Origin: a bacterium
Lineage (GTDB): Bacteria; UBA8248
Direction of reading: 5' to 3'
NCBI GenBank assembly: GCA_963692865.2
Contig: OY843592.1
Location: 256,001 to 320,000, forward strand
Length of the DNA: 64,000 nucleotides
Below are positions 19,159 through 28,922 of this stretch, piece after piece (the first letter of the stretch is position 1; the number at the start of each line of letters is the position of its first letter). The notes under the pieces are model-generated. The model made no database searches and was not told the origin of the DNA. It worked only from the letters and a program-made list of their open reading frames with translations. Made by a program: the position numbers and the translations under genes.

Positions 19159-20348
19159 ACGCTCTTAACGATTTTCATAATAAAGCGATGGAATTCGCGG
19201 AACTTGCTCTTTCGGAACAAGCGATAGGCAAGGGAAAAGAGTCGATTAGCCTTTTCGAAAAAGCATTGGAACATGAACTTGCTGCTATCGCAGAACTCGA
19301 TAAAAGCAATTAAATAATCGAGCCGACTTACTCAGTACTACATCGAAGCGCCGGAACTCTGGCGATGGACTGCAACCAAACTCGCAAAGCCGAACAGATT
19401 GTGGCAAAAGCTCTCGCACAAAATCCACCTGAAGAAATCGCCGAAGAACTGCGTGACATTCTGGAACAAATACATTTCAAAAGGCACCTTGAATTGCGCG
19501 GCATTGAACTGGGAGAAGATGAAATACAGTTGAGCCTATCCGGTCAAGATGTAGGCTTTGGGGTCGTAACATCTGAAGAGTTTCTGAGCCGCGTGACCGA
19601 TTCATCGAAATTGATCCAGCGCATCGTCGAACGAATAAACAAGAGACCATTTAGAGAAAGTGGCCCCCCCGAGAAAAAACTTACCGAATCCTATAAATTG
19701 TTTTTATCTACACCTCGGGCTGCAAGTTTTTCGGTGACGATGAAGCTGGGGCGCCCGACGGGTCAACCATCTCTTCCAGGAATACCTCATTCCAAAATGT
19801 CAGAGACGAATGAAATTATTGATGAATTCATGGACTTGGTGGAGCTTGCAAACAAATCGAGGGTTTCAGAAATTCAGGAACGGATCCCCGACCCCGCGTA
19901 TCGGAGGAACTTTCTTTCGCTTGCGAAAAAAATTGCGCCAGATGGAGAGCGTATTCGTCAGGTAGGTTTTACAACTATCAGAAGTGGGGTTGAGCGTTTT
20001 GTAGAGATTACCAAACCTGCATCGGAACTCCCAATACCAACTGAAATTGATGCGGTCATCGTCCCAAGCAGACGAATCGCAACTGAAACCACTACAATAC
20101 AAGGCAGGTTGCTTTATGCAGACTCTACCAAAAGCAATAATGATAAAATTAAAGTGATCGATCAAGAAGGGAAAGAACACAATATAAAAGTGCCGGAAGG
20201 TATGATGAACGATATTGTTCGCCCTATGTGGAATTTGCCTATCCGAATTAAAGGAGTCCGTAAAAACGTCGGTAGAGGTTCATTTATCGAACTTCAAGAT
20301 ATTCAGCCGATTGAAACTGAACCAGATGAGGGCATAATATCCACTTAG
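19155..20348 (+). pseudogene. Helical (TPR-like) N-terminal domain fused to unknown C-terminal domain, interrupted by in-frame TAA
   Basis: ATG 19155 in frame with ORF 19365-20348; single TAA at 19311-19313 (DKSN*IIEPTYSVLHRSAGTLA). Confidence 0.65.
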
Positions 20349-20376
20349 TGTTCATACCGTTGGTAATAACAATATT

Positions 20377-20613
20377 TCACTTGACCGACTCCCCCACTAA
20401 ACCCCTTCTGGTAAGGTATCCCCTTTTCGCCTGTTCGATCTCCCATACGAGAGCTTCGTCCATCGTGGTCGCGCCCCCCACCTGCTTGATGTAGCCGTCA
20501 TCCCCGGACTTGCGTTTGAGCTCGCGCTCACGTTTTTCGAGGTCGTCCGTGATGCCGGAATACAAAGTCTTTCTGCCCATCTTGAAGTGATACGGGTAGG
20601 TCTTTCGCGCCAT
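20377..20613 (-). CDS. Small GIY-YIG-like protein
   Basis: YxY..LYSGITDDLEKRERE..EALVWE pattern. Confidence 0.6.
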   Translation of the reverse strand: MARKTYPYHFKMGRKTLYSGITDDLEKRERELKRKSGDDGYIKQVGGATTMDEALVWEIEQAKRGYLTRRGLVGESVK

Positions 20614-20691
20614 CTTTCAGGCTTCCATGATTATCTCGTGGAGTAGCGCCTCATCATATCGGTAAACCCCGTATCCGGCAACGGCCTGGAA

Positions 20692-21105
20692 CTACCCCTC
20701 CCCGCTCAGTTCATCCAGCTTGCTTTCGAGCCGTTCGACCACCTCGGCGGCGTCGTCTGCCGCGTTGTAGTCCTGCGCCAGGTCGCCGTCGCCGCAGGGG
20801 CTTTTCACGACGAAGAACACGGACTTCCCCCCGATGGTGCGGCCGCCGTGGCGCGTGTTCCGGGGGATGTGGACGAGGTCGCCCGGCTCGACGATGCGCT
20901 CCTCATCGCCCACGATCACGTAGCGCCTGCCCTCCAAAACGAGGTAGAACTGCTCCTCGTTGGGGTGGTAGTGCGGCGTCGCGCCCTCGCCCTCGAGGTA
21001 TGTCACGATGCCCACCTTCATCAGTTCGCCGGGCACCGTCCTGGCGGTCGCGGGCGATATCGAGGCGCGGACCTCTTCCATCTCGGAAATCTTGTAAAAC
21101 GGCAT
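20692..21105 (-). CDS. Cupin-domain protein
   Basis: PHYHPNEEQF..GDLVHIPRNTRHG. Confidence 0.9.
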   Translation of the reverse strand: MPFYKISEMEEVRASISPATARTVPGELMKVGIVTYLEGEGATPHYHPNEEQFYLVLEGRRYVIVGDEERIVEPGDLVHIPRNTRHGGRTIGGKSVFFVVKSPCGDGDLAQDYNAADDAAEVVERLESKLDELSGEG

Positions 21106-21194
21106 TTTCTCACCCCTCCTATAAATTTTGCGTGTATTTACTCTATCAAACGACCGCCGTTCGTTCGAGAAAAATCACGATCGCAGCGGCCCCG

Positions 21195-21599
21195 TTACAT
21201 GAATTCGCGCAGTTTTTCCTCCAGGCGGCGGACGATGGCCTCCGCGTCCTCCGCGTCGTGATGATCCTGATCGAGCCTGCCGTCGCCCGAGGGACTCTTG
21301 GCGGTGAACATGCGCACGTCGTCGATGATGACGCCGCCGTGCTTCGTGTTCCTGGGGACGTGCACGAGGTCGCCCGTGACGACCAGGCCCTCCTCATCGC
21401 CCACGATCATCCACTGCCTGCCCTCCAGCATGAAGAGGAACTGCTCCTCGTTCGGGTGGTAGTGGGGCCGCGACATCTTGCCCCTGGGATAGGCGACGAA
21501 GCCCACCTTCATCAACTCCCCCGCCAGTCCCTTGAAGCGGCCCATGGGCTGGGCGGCGACGCGCGATTCGACCATCTCGGACGCTCTGTAAAACGGCAT
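21195..21599 (-). CDS. Cupin-domain protein (paralog of 20692-21105)
   Basis: MPFY start, PHYHPNEEQF..GDLVHVPRNTKHG; GGAGA RBS. Confidence 0.9.
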   Translation of the reverse strand: MPFYRASEMVESRVAAQPMGRFKGLAGELMKVGFVAYPRGKMSRPHYHPNEEQFLFMLEGRQWMIVGDEEGLVVTGDLVHVPRNTKHGGVIIDDVRMFTAKSPSGDGRLDQDHHDAEDAEAIVRRLEEKLREFM

Positions 21600-21816
21600 T
21601 TTAATACGTCTCCTCCTGTCTGTTGCTCCCCATGTTTCGTAGAGAGCGCGCGCAGCAACCCTTCCCGGTTGGAGCAACCGGGCGTTCGGGAACCCCCTCA
21701 TCGGCGACGCCGGATTCGCCCATTCTATAGAATCCGCCCGCTTTTCGCACGGCGAAGCCTGAGCGCTTCCGGGTTATTGAAAAACCCTGCCTCGCTCGGT
21801 CGATTCCTCCCTCATC

Positions 21817-22040
21817 GGGGCTGTTGAAAAAGCCCCGTCAAGAGCAGCGAACGCCCCCTCCCTGGCCGCGTTCGACCCCCGCAAACCGCCAACGCCTCTT
21901 TCCTCACCCTGAGTAGCCGCCGAAGGCGGCGTATCGAAGGGCGAGGGGAGTTGAACGCCTCGCGCCGGGCGAGAGGGCATCCTTCGCTACGCGGCTTCGC
22001 CGCTACTCAGGATGAGGCGAGGAGGATTTTTTAACTACCC
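21817..22040. mobile_element. MITE-like element with inverted pair of CTTCGATACG..TACTCAGG(A/G)TGAGG hairpins
   Basis: GGGGCTGTTGAAAAA at 21817; CCTCACCCTGAGTAGCC..GTATCGAAGGG and CTTCGCTACG..CTACTCAGGATGAGG; degenerate right end. Confidence 0.55.
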
Positions 22041-22134
22041 CGCTTGCGGGCGATACGGGGGATACGGAAGATATGGTAATATCCCTTCGAGGACCCGGCC
22101 GCCTTACGCAAAGTTTCTCAGGGGAATTTCACGA

Positions 22135-22740
22135 ATGCGCCGTTATGCTTCCCCCGGGTTCAAACTCATGATCGGCGTCTCACTCGTTATGCTTCTTACA
22201 GGCTGCGCGGTGCAGACGTTCCCCACCATGGGCGTGTTGCGCGACGGGCTGGCCTCCCTGGCGGGCGCTCCCGTCGAGAGCCTCGTCGAGAAGATAGGGT
22301 ATCCCGAGAGCGACGTCACGGTCGGCGGACGGAAAGTCTACACCTGGGACCACCGAAGAGCCTTCACCTACCTGGAGCCGGAGACCATCTGCCGCGAAAG
22401 AGTCGTGGAGCATTCCGTCGCGAACCGGCCCCGCGCCCCGGTGCGCCGCAAGGTGGTGACGGAGTGCGAAACGCGCCAGGTGGAAAGAACGGTGCTCCAC
22501 CACTGCGCGATCAAGGTCGAAGCCGACGAAGCGGAGACGATCATCGGATTCACCTTCGACGGCAACGCGGACGGGTGCGAGCGCTTCGCCGCGGCCTTTC
22601 GGAACCTCCCCTACGAGGCGTGCATCAAGAGTCTCTCCGGCCTCAAGTTCGCGGTGAACATCGGCTCGGAGCCGCAGGAGAAGCTGTCCGCCGCCATCGC
22701 CCGGTGCGAGAGAATGCACCGCCAGGTCCCGAACCGCTAG
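22135..22740 (+). CDS. Hypothetical lipoprotein
   Basis: Basic N-terminus, hydrophobic stretch, lipobox LLTGC; KIGYP..VYTW motif; several Cys. Confidence 0.7.
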   Translation: MRRYASPGFKLMIGVSLVMLLTGCAVQTFPTMGVLRDGLASLAGAPVESLVEKIGYPESDVTVGGRKVYTWDHRRAFTYLEPETICRERVVEHSVANRPRAPVRRKVVTECETRQVERTVLHHCAIKVEADEAETIIGFTFDGNADGCERFAAAFRNLPYEACIKSLSGLKFAVNIGSEPQEKLSAAIARCERMHRQVPNR

Positions 22741-22783
22741 GGAGAGGAGTTGTTGCAAAACCTCCCCATCGAGGGTGTTCACC

Positions 22784-22919
22784 GTCATTCCGGCGAAAGC
22801 CGGAATCCATTTTTACGCCTTTTGCCTTTCGTCCGGGTTCGCGCGCATCGGCGGGGAATGAAATGCCGTCGTTCAATCACCCGCACCCGCAAATGGATTC
22901 CGGCTTTCGCCGGAATGAC
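22784..22919. repeat. CGTC-type double-palindrome repeat
   Basis: Close copy of 9177-9312 including spacer. Confidence 0.85.
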
Positions 22920-23078
22920 GGCAGTGATCGATTCCAGCCGTTGAGGGAGGTCGAACCCGATTGAGGAATGAGGGTTCGACCGGGCGAGCAGGGGTTTTTC
23001 AACGGCTCCCGACAAGGGGGGTAAAAGCGACGCTCTCCTCAACGAGGGGGGTCAACAACTCCGGAAACTCCGGGAATC

Positions 23079-24473
23079 TCACGCCGTCCGTCCCGCCGTC
23101 TGTTCCCGAACGCACGCACCGCCCAGAAGCCGCATCAGGGAATCGATCTCGGGCTGCGTTTCAAGCGATTCGAGACGCGCGAGCACTTCCTCGTACTCTT
23201 CCTCCGCCAGGGCGGTCTTCGCGCAATCGCGGAACTTGGAGCGTATCTTCGCGTCCTCCATCGGCCAGAGCGCGCAGCCGCGCGAAACGTCCGTTCTCTT
23301 TTTGAGGGCGCGCCCGTCGTTCAGGTATACGCGCACCTCGCTCGGGCGGCGCTCTCCGGGCCGCCAGCCCATGTCGTCCGCCGAGACGTGGACTTTCCGC
23401 ATCCACTCCCGGAGCAGGGGTTCGCGCACCGCCTCGTCCGTGAAGGTTTCGAGGCGCAAATCGCGATCGAGCAGCATGCGCGCGAGGCAGTACTCGACCG
23501 AGAACTTCCCTTCCAGCCCCGTCTTGGGCGCGTGGTAGCGAAGCACCTGCATGGAGATTTCGAGCAGGGAAACCTCGATGCGCGCCACGTCCGCCGCCGT
23601 CAGGCCCGATTCCTCCACCAGATCGTAGAGCGCGTCCACCGCCGGGTGAGTCGAGAGGCAGCACGGGTAGGGCTTCATGTTCATGCCCGGATCGGCGAGC
23701 GAATAGGGTTTTCCCAGGCTTTGGGCGATCTCATCGGCATCCGGCGAGCCACCGCCCGCGTATACGTCCAGAAAACCGCGCGGAGCCTCGAGAATCGCCG
23801 TGTTCGCCGTGAGGCCCGCCGCCGCCAGTTCCGCCGCGCGAAGGCCGGCCTCGGGCGCCAAGCCTGCGTGCAAGGGCTTCGTCATCGTGCCGAAGTTCGC
23901 GTGAACGCCCGAGGCGTGAGATGCCGCGACGCCGAGCGCGTGGCGCGTCATCTCGGCGTCGAACCCGCGCAGGTGGGCGGCGGCCGCCGCCGCGCCCATC
24001 GTCCCGAGCGTGCAGGTGGAATGCCAGCCCGCGCCGTAGTGTTCGGGATTCATCCCCTGGCCCAGCTTGGTCGAAATCTCGTATCCGATGACGAAGGCCT
24101 CCAGCGCCTCGCGGCCAGACGCGCCCTGCTTCTCCCCCTGGGCCAGGACGGCGGGCAGGACGACCACGCTCGGATGACCGCTCAACAGGTAGCTCGAATC
24201 GTCGAAGTCGAGCGCGTGGCCCATCGCCCCGTTGGCGAGAGCGGCCAAAGGCGCTGCGGCGCGGGCGCCTGAGCCGATGATGCTCGCCTCGGGCGCGCCG
24301 CCCATTTTGCGGGCGAACTCCGTCACGATGCGCCCGACGGGCTCATCCACGCCCGCCAAGGTCACGCCCACGGTGTCGACCACTGCCTTTTTCGCGCGCT
24401 CGATGACGAGCGCCGGAAAATCCGCCCACTTCGTCTCGACGATGAATTCCGCCATCCGTTCGGTAACGCTCAT
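23079..24473 (-). CDS. MmgE/PrpD-family protein
   Basis: NGAMGHALDFDD, HPS, GWHSTCTLG, FGTMTKPLHAG, KPYPCC, GKFS. Confidence 0.93.
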   Translation of the reverse strand: MSVTERMAEFIVETKWADFPALVIERAKKAVVDTVGVTLAGVDEPVGRIVTEFARKMGGAPEASIIGSGARAAAPLAALANGAMGHALDFDDSSYLLSGHPSVVVLPAVLAQGEKQGASGREALEAFVIGYEISTKLGQGMNPEHYGAGWHSTCTLGTMGAAAAAAHLRGFDAEMTRHALGVAASHASGVHANFGTMTKPLHAGLAPEAGLRAAELAAAGLTANTAILEAPRGFLDVYAGGGSPDADEIAQSLGKPYSLADPGMNMKPYPCCLSTHPAVDALYDLVEESGLTAADVARIEVSLLEISMQVLRYHAPKTGLEGKFSVEYCLARMLLDRDLRLETFTDEAVREPLLREWMRKVHVSADDMGWRPGERRPSEVRVYLNDGRALKKRTDVSRGCALWPMEDAKIRSKFRDCAKTALAEEEYEEVLARLESLETQPEIDSLMRLLGGACVREQTAGRTA

Positions 24474-24549
24474 GTAGGCCTCCTGATCCAAAAGCCCGGT
24501 CCGGCTCGACTCTCGAGAATCTCTCCCGCCGCGATGGTCTGCGTCCTCA

Positions 24550-25644
24550 TCACGAAGACACGCCTTTGATCGCGCTGATCGAGGCGGGATCGACGGAAAC
24601 GTAAACGCTCGCGCCGGATTCGAGTATCGGCAACCGGTGTCCATGCACGCGGATTTGCCCGCCCCCGGCGTTCAGCCAGAGCTCCAGCACGCCGCCCATG
24701 TACACGGCCTTCTCTACTGTGCATTTGATGGCGTTCGGTGTCCCCTCGGGAGGCGCCTCCAGGCTGGCGACGCAATCCTCGGGCCGGATCGAGAGCAGCA
24801 CCTTCGATCCCTCGGCGACGCCGGCGGTCCTGCAGAACAGCGTCATCTCGCCGACCTTCACCGCCGTCCGCGCGTCGCCCATGCCGACGGCGACGACCTC
24901 GCCCTCCAGGAAGTTCGAGACGCCGACGAAACCGGCGACGAACTGGTTGGCGGGGTTCTGGTAGACGTCGCTCGGCGAGCCCATCTGCTCGATGCGCCCC
25001 TCGTTCATCACCACGATGATGTCGCTCATCACCATGGCCTCGACCTGATCGTGGGTGACGAATATGGTGGTGATGCCGGATTGGGTCTGGAGATCCTTGA
25101 GCTCCAGGCGCATCTCCTCGCGCAGCGCCGCATCGAGGTTCGAGAGGGGTTCGTCGAGAAGGAGCACGTCGGGCTCGTACACCAGCGCGCGGGCGAAGGC
25201 GACGCGCTGCTGCTGGCCGCCAGAGAGCTGCGAGGGATAGCGCTCCCCCAGGCCGTCGAGCCGCACGAGCCCCAGGGCGCGCTCCACGGCCCCTGCGATT
25301 TCGTTTTTCGGCGTCTTGCGCATCTGCAGGCCGAAGGCGACGTTGTCGCGCACCCGCAAGTGCGGCCAGAGGCCGTAGGATTGAAACACCATGCCGAGGT
25401 TTCGCTTGTGCGCCGGCACCAGCACGCTTTCCGAGGCGCTCGAGATGAGCCTCTCGCCGACGTGGACGTCGCCGTCGTCGGGGGTCTCGAAACCGGCGAT
25501 GATGTTCAGGGTGGTCGTCTTGCCGCAGCCGCTCGGCCCCAGCAGGGTGAGCAGTTTGCCCTTGGGCACCTCGAAGGAAATCCCGGCGACGGCGACCACC
25601 TCGCCGAACCTCTTGACCAGATTCTCCACCCGTACGTTTTGCAT
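24550..25644 (-). CDS. ABC transporter ATP-binding subunit (FbpC/PotA type, TOBE domain)
   Basis: GPSGCGKTT, LSGGQQQRVA, LLLDEPLSNLD. Confidence 0.95.
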   Translation of the reverse strand: MQNVRVENLVKRFGEVVAVAGISFEVPKGKLLTLLGPSGCGKTTTLNIIAGFETPDDGDVHVGERLISSASESVLVPAHKRNLGMVFQSYGLWPHLRVRDNVAFGLQMRKTPKNEIAGAVERALGLVRLDGLGERYPSQLSGGQQQRVAFARALVYEPDVLLLDEPLSNLDAALREEMRLELKDLQTQSGITTIFVTHDQVEAMVMSDIIVVMNEGRIEQMGSPSDVYQNPANQFVAGFVGVSNFLEGEVVAVGMGDARTAVKVGEMTLFCRTAGVAEGSKVLLSIRPEDCVASLEAPPEGTPNAIKCTVEKAVYMGGVLELWLNAGGGQIRVHGHRLPILESGASVYVSVDPASISAIKGVSS

Positions 25645-27368
25645 CAGGTGAGTCCCTCCACGTCCGTTTGCTTCGTGAGCCAGCGCACCAGCGCCACCGA
25701 GCCCAAGGATAAGATAACAATGATGAGCGAGAGAATGCACACGTGCGAGAAGAGTCCCTCGTCATAGAGCTGGATGAGGATCGTGCTGATCACCTCCTTG
25801 TTGGAGCTGAACAGCATGATCGAGGCGGAGAGTTCGCGCATCATCGATACGAAAAGGATGATCCAGCCGGCCACGATGCCCGGCATGGCCAGGGGCACGA
25901 GGATCTTCCAGAACACGACGCCCCAGTTCGCGCCGCTCACGGCGGCGGCGCGCTCCAACTCCTCGTGGATTTGCGTGATGGAATTCGAGACCGCGCGCAC
26001 GCCGAAGGGCAGAAAGCGCGTGATGTAGGCGATCAGGATGATCCACAGCGTGTGGTACAGGTTGAACGGCTCGCGGATGTAGGCCCAGAGCATCGCGATG
26101 GCGATGACCGCCCCCGGAATGGCCACCGGGATGAGCGCCAGGAAATCGAGCGTTCCCCGGCCCTTCCATGTGCTGCGCACCACGAAATAGGCGACCACGG
26201 CGGAGAGCGCGATGCCGATGGTCGCGCCCATGAAACTCAGCAAAAGGCTGTTCTGGATGGACCGCAGGATGACCTCTCCCCCGTCTCCGGTGATGATCTC
26301 CACCAGATGGCCCAGGGTGAGATACTCAAATGTCGGCGGGCGCCCCCGGTTGGAGATGAACGTGCCGTAGATCAGCGTCAGCACAGGCAGGATCGCCGAA
26401 ACCAGAAGGTAGAAGGAGGCGAAGGCCAGCGAGACGTATTTCCACGGGCCCAGCTCCACGAGCCTGGGCCGGAAGCTCTTGCCCGCGACGGTGGTGTACC
26501 TGGCGCTTCGCCCCAGCGCCCTGGTCTGTCCCCAGAGCGCCAGCCCGCAGACCAGCAGGATGGGGATGGACAGGGCGGCGGCGTGCGAGAAGTTCGGCGG
26601 GATGCCGATCATCATGCGCCAGAGCTGGGTGGAGAACACGTAGATGCCGCCCGAGACGCCGATGGTCGCCGGTATGGCGAAAACCTCCAGCGACTGGATG
26701 AACGTGAGCAGCGCGCCCGACAGGATGGCCGGCGCCGCCATGGGCAGCGTGATCCGTATCGTCGTTTTCCACTGGCTCGCGCCGCTCACGTGGGCGGCGT
26801 ACTCCAGCGTCGGGTCCATGTTCTTGAACGCCGTGACCGTGAAGATGAACACGTAGGGCGCAAGCGAGAGCGCCATCACGAAGATGAGACCGCCCATGGT
26901 GAAGATGTCGAACAGCGGTTCCCTGGTGCCGACCAGCCACTTCCAGAACAGGTTCACGAAGCCGACGCGCGGGGTGCCGAGATAGGCCCACGCCACCGCC
27001 ACCACCACGGGCGGCATGATGAAGGGCAGAATCGCGATCATGTTGATGTAGTTTTTGAGCGGCGTGTCGGTGCGCCCGACGATCCAGGCGAGCGGAACGC
27101 CGATGAGGACGGACAGGCTCGTCACCCCGACCGACATGACGGCGGTGTTCCACAACACCTCGCCCATGTACTCTTCTTCGAAGATGGCGTAGTAGGCGTC
27201 GAGGGTGAAGTCCGTGCTTATCGGGTCGGGACGGAAACTGCCCAGCACCAGCCAGAACAGCGGGTACAGCACGACGAAGCCGATGACGAGAAGACATCCC
27301 CATTCGAGTACCCGAACGGTGCTCGGAAGCCTGAACGTGGCGAACGAACGGGGACGCATCTCAGTCAT
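25644..27368 (-). CDS. ABC transporter permease (duplicated domain, FbpB type)
   Basis: ~12 TM segments, two EAA-like motifs (LEYAAHVSGA, LERAAAVSGA). Confidence 0.93.
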   Translation of the reverse strand: MTEMRPRSFATFRLPSTVRVLEWGCLLVIGFVVLYPLFWLVLGSFRPDPISTDFTLDAYYAIFEEEYMGEVLWNTAVMSVGVTSLSVLIGVPLAWIVGRTDTPLKNYINMIAILPFIMPPVVVAVAWAYLGTPRVGFVNLFWKWLVGTREPLFDIFTMGGLIFVMALSLAPYVFIFTVTAFKNMDPTLEYAAHVSGASQWKTTIRITLPMAAPAILSGALLTFIQSLEVFAIPATIGVSGGIYVFSTQLWRMMIGIPPNFSHAAALSIPILLVCGLALWGQTRALGRSARYTTVAGKSFRPRLVELGPWKYVSLAFASFYLLVSAILPVLTLIYGTFISNRGRPPTFEYLTLGHLVEIITGDGGEVILRSIQNSLLLSFMGATIGIALSAVVAYFVVRSTWKGRGTLDFLALIPVAIPGAVIAIAMLWAYIREPFNLYHTLWIILIAYITRFLPFGVRAVSNSITQIHEELERAAAVSGANWGVVFWKILVPLAMPGIVAGWIILFVSMMRELSASIMLFSSNKEVISTILIQLYDEGLFSHVCILSLIIVILSLGSVALVRWLTKQTDVEGLT

Positions 27369-27386
27369 CGACCGGGCGCAAGCCGG

Positions 27387-28397
27387 TTATTTCTTTCTCT
27401 TCGCTTCACGGATGTGCTTGGTCATGAAGGCGCGGTATTTCTTCTGGTCCTTGAACACCTTCTCCCAGTTCGCATACAGCGGCTTGAAGGGATAGGGAAT
27501 GCCCTTCACGTGCGGCACGTCCGAGCGCGCGGAGTTGATCTTCACGTTCTGGGTGATGACCGTCTGGCCCTCCTTGGAGAGGATCCAGCGGTACACCCGC
27601 TCCGCGTTCTTGGGGTTCGGGCCGTCCTTGATCATCCCGAACGAAGCGGGGATGACCGGCGTGCCCTCCTTCATCTTGGCGATCTTGATCTTGGCGCCCT
27701 TGTTGATGCGGCGGATCGCGATGTACTCGAACACCATCGTCACGTCGCGCTCGCCGGTGGCGACGCGCTCTGTGGAGGCGCCCATGCGCGACTGCACCAG
27801 CGCGCCGTTATAGAGCAGACCCTTGATGTATTTCTCGCCGAAACCATCCGCGCCGTAGAAGAAATCCCAGAGGCCCGCGGACTGGAACGGGTCGACGAGC
27901 ACGAGGCGGTTCTTCCATTTGGGCTGCGTGAGTTCGGCGAAGCTCGTCGGCGCCTCGCCGGGCTTCACGTTGTCGGTGTTGTAGATGACTTGGAGCGTCG
28001 GCGCGCGAAGGCCTACCCACTGGGCTTTTTCGTCCTTGCCCCAGGCCGGGAACTTCTTGGCTTCGGGGAACTGCGTGACGTTCTTCACGTAGCCTCTCTT
28101 GGCGAGATCGTACCAGCCCGGCGTGTAGCTGAAGTGCAACAGGTCGATCTTGCCCTTGCCCACGCTGCGCTCGGCCACGAAACGCTGATACAGGCTGACG
28201 CCGCCCGCGGTGATGGACTGGACCTTGATATCCGGGAATTTCTTCTCGATGCCCTTCACCAGAGTCGCCTGCGCGGCGGTGGTGAGCGAGGAGTAGAAGA
28301 CGAGGTTGGCTTTTTGCGCCACGGCAGCGTGAGACGTGAACGCCACGAACCCGGCGATGAGCGAAATCACGAGAATCGACTTGATGGATCGTTTCAT
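27387..28397 (-). CDS. ABC transporter substrate-binding protein (Fe3+/thiamine/polyamine family)
   Basis: Signal peptide; YNTDNV..PTSFAEL..KWKN; LSKEGQ. Confidence 0.9.
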   Translation of the reverse strand: MKRSIKSILVISLIAGFVAFTSHAAVAQKANLVFYSSLTTAAQATLVKGIEKKFPDIKVQSITAGGVSLYQRFVAERSVGKGKIDLLHFSYTPGWYDLAKRGYVKNVTQFPEAKKFPAWGKDEKAQWVGLRAPTLQVIYNTDNVKPGEAPTSFAELTQPKWKNRLVLVDPFQSAGLWDFFYGADGFGEKYIKGLLYNGALVQSRMGASTERVATGERDVTMVFEYIAIRRINKGAKIKIAKMKEGTPVIPASFGMIKDGPNPKNAERVYRWILSKEGQTVITQNVKINSARSDVPHVKGIPYPFKPLYANWEKVFKDQKKYRAFMTKHIREAKRKK

Positions 28398-28661
28398 GTT
28401 GTCTCTCCTTGATGGTGAAACGGATTTCCCCACGAACAAGTCTGACGAGAACTCATTCGCTGCGAGTTTTTCCGGCGCTGCTACGCTCCTGCTCTCTCAA
28501 GTTTTACGCATGAGTTCATTAGAGCAGGTTCGGGGGAGTCGGTCAAACCATCTCCGGGGCAGACGAGCGAGGCCGCGCCGGACGAAAGAGTACGTTGAAA
28601 AAGTACAGATCAACGAGATTTGGACTCGTACAATGAAAGAGCAGGATTCACTCCCCCTTGA

Positions 28662-28922
28662 GGGGGCTGTTGAAAAAGCCCTTGCGGGCCGGTCGGGATC
28701 TCACCGTAGGGGCCGCATATTATGCGGCCCTCCCCGTTCGATATGCGGGTCGCATGATATGCGACCCCTACGTCAGGCTCACGACCAGAACGACAGGCGA
28801 GGGCGGACACACAGGTCCTCCCCTACAGAACCATTGTGTCTCGCGTAGCCGGACAGGCGCAGGAGCCTGTCCGGGGACCTGTGTGTCCGCCCGACCCCGG
28901 AACAGGCTTTTTCAACAACCCC
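28662..28922. mobile_element. MITE-like element filled with GTAG-type REP hairpins
   Basis: GGGGGCTGTTGAAAAA...TTTTTCAACAACCCC enclosing GTAGGGGCCGCATATTATGCGGCCC..GGGTCGCATGATATGCGACCCCTAC; right end overlaps amidase stop. Confidence 0.7.

Noticed and set aside
19311-19313. Recoded stop in the low-GC gene
   Set aside because: The codon is TAA, not TGA/TAG, and it is not at a recognisable catalytic site; a nonsense mutation or sequencing error is more likely
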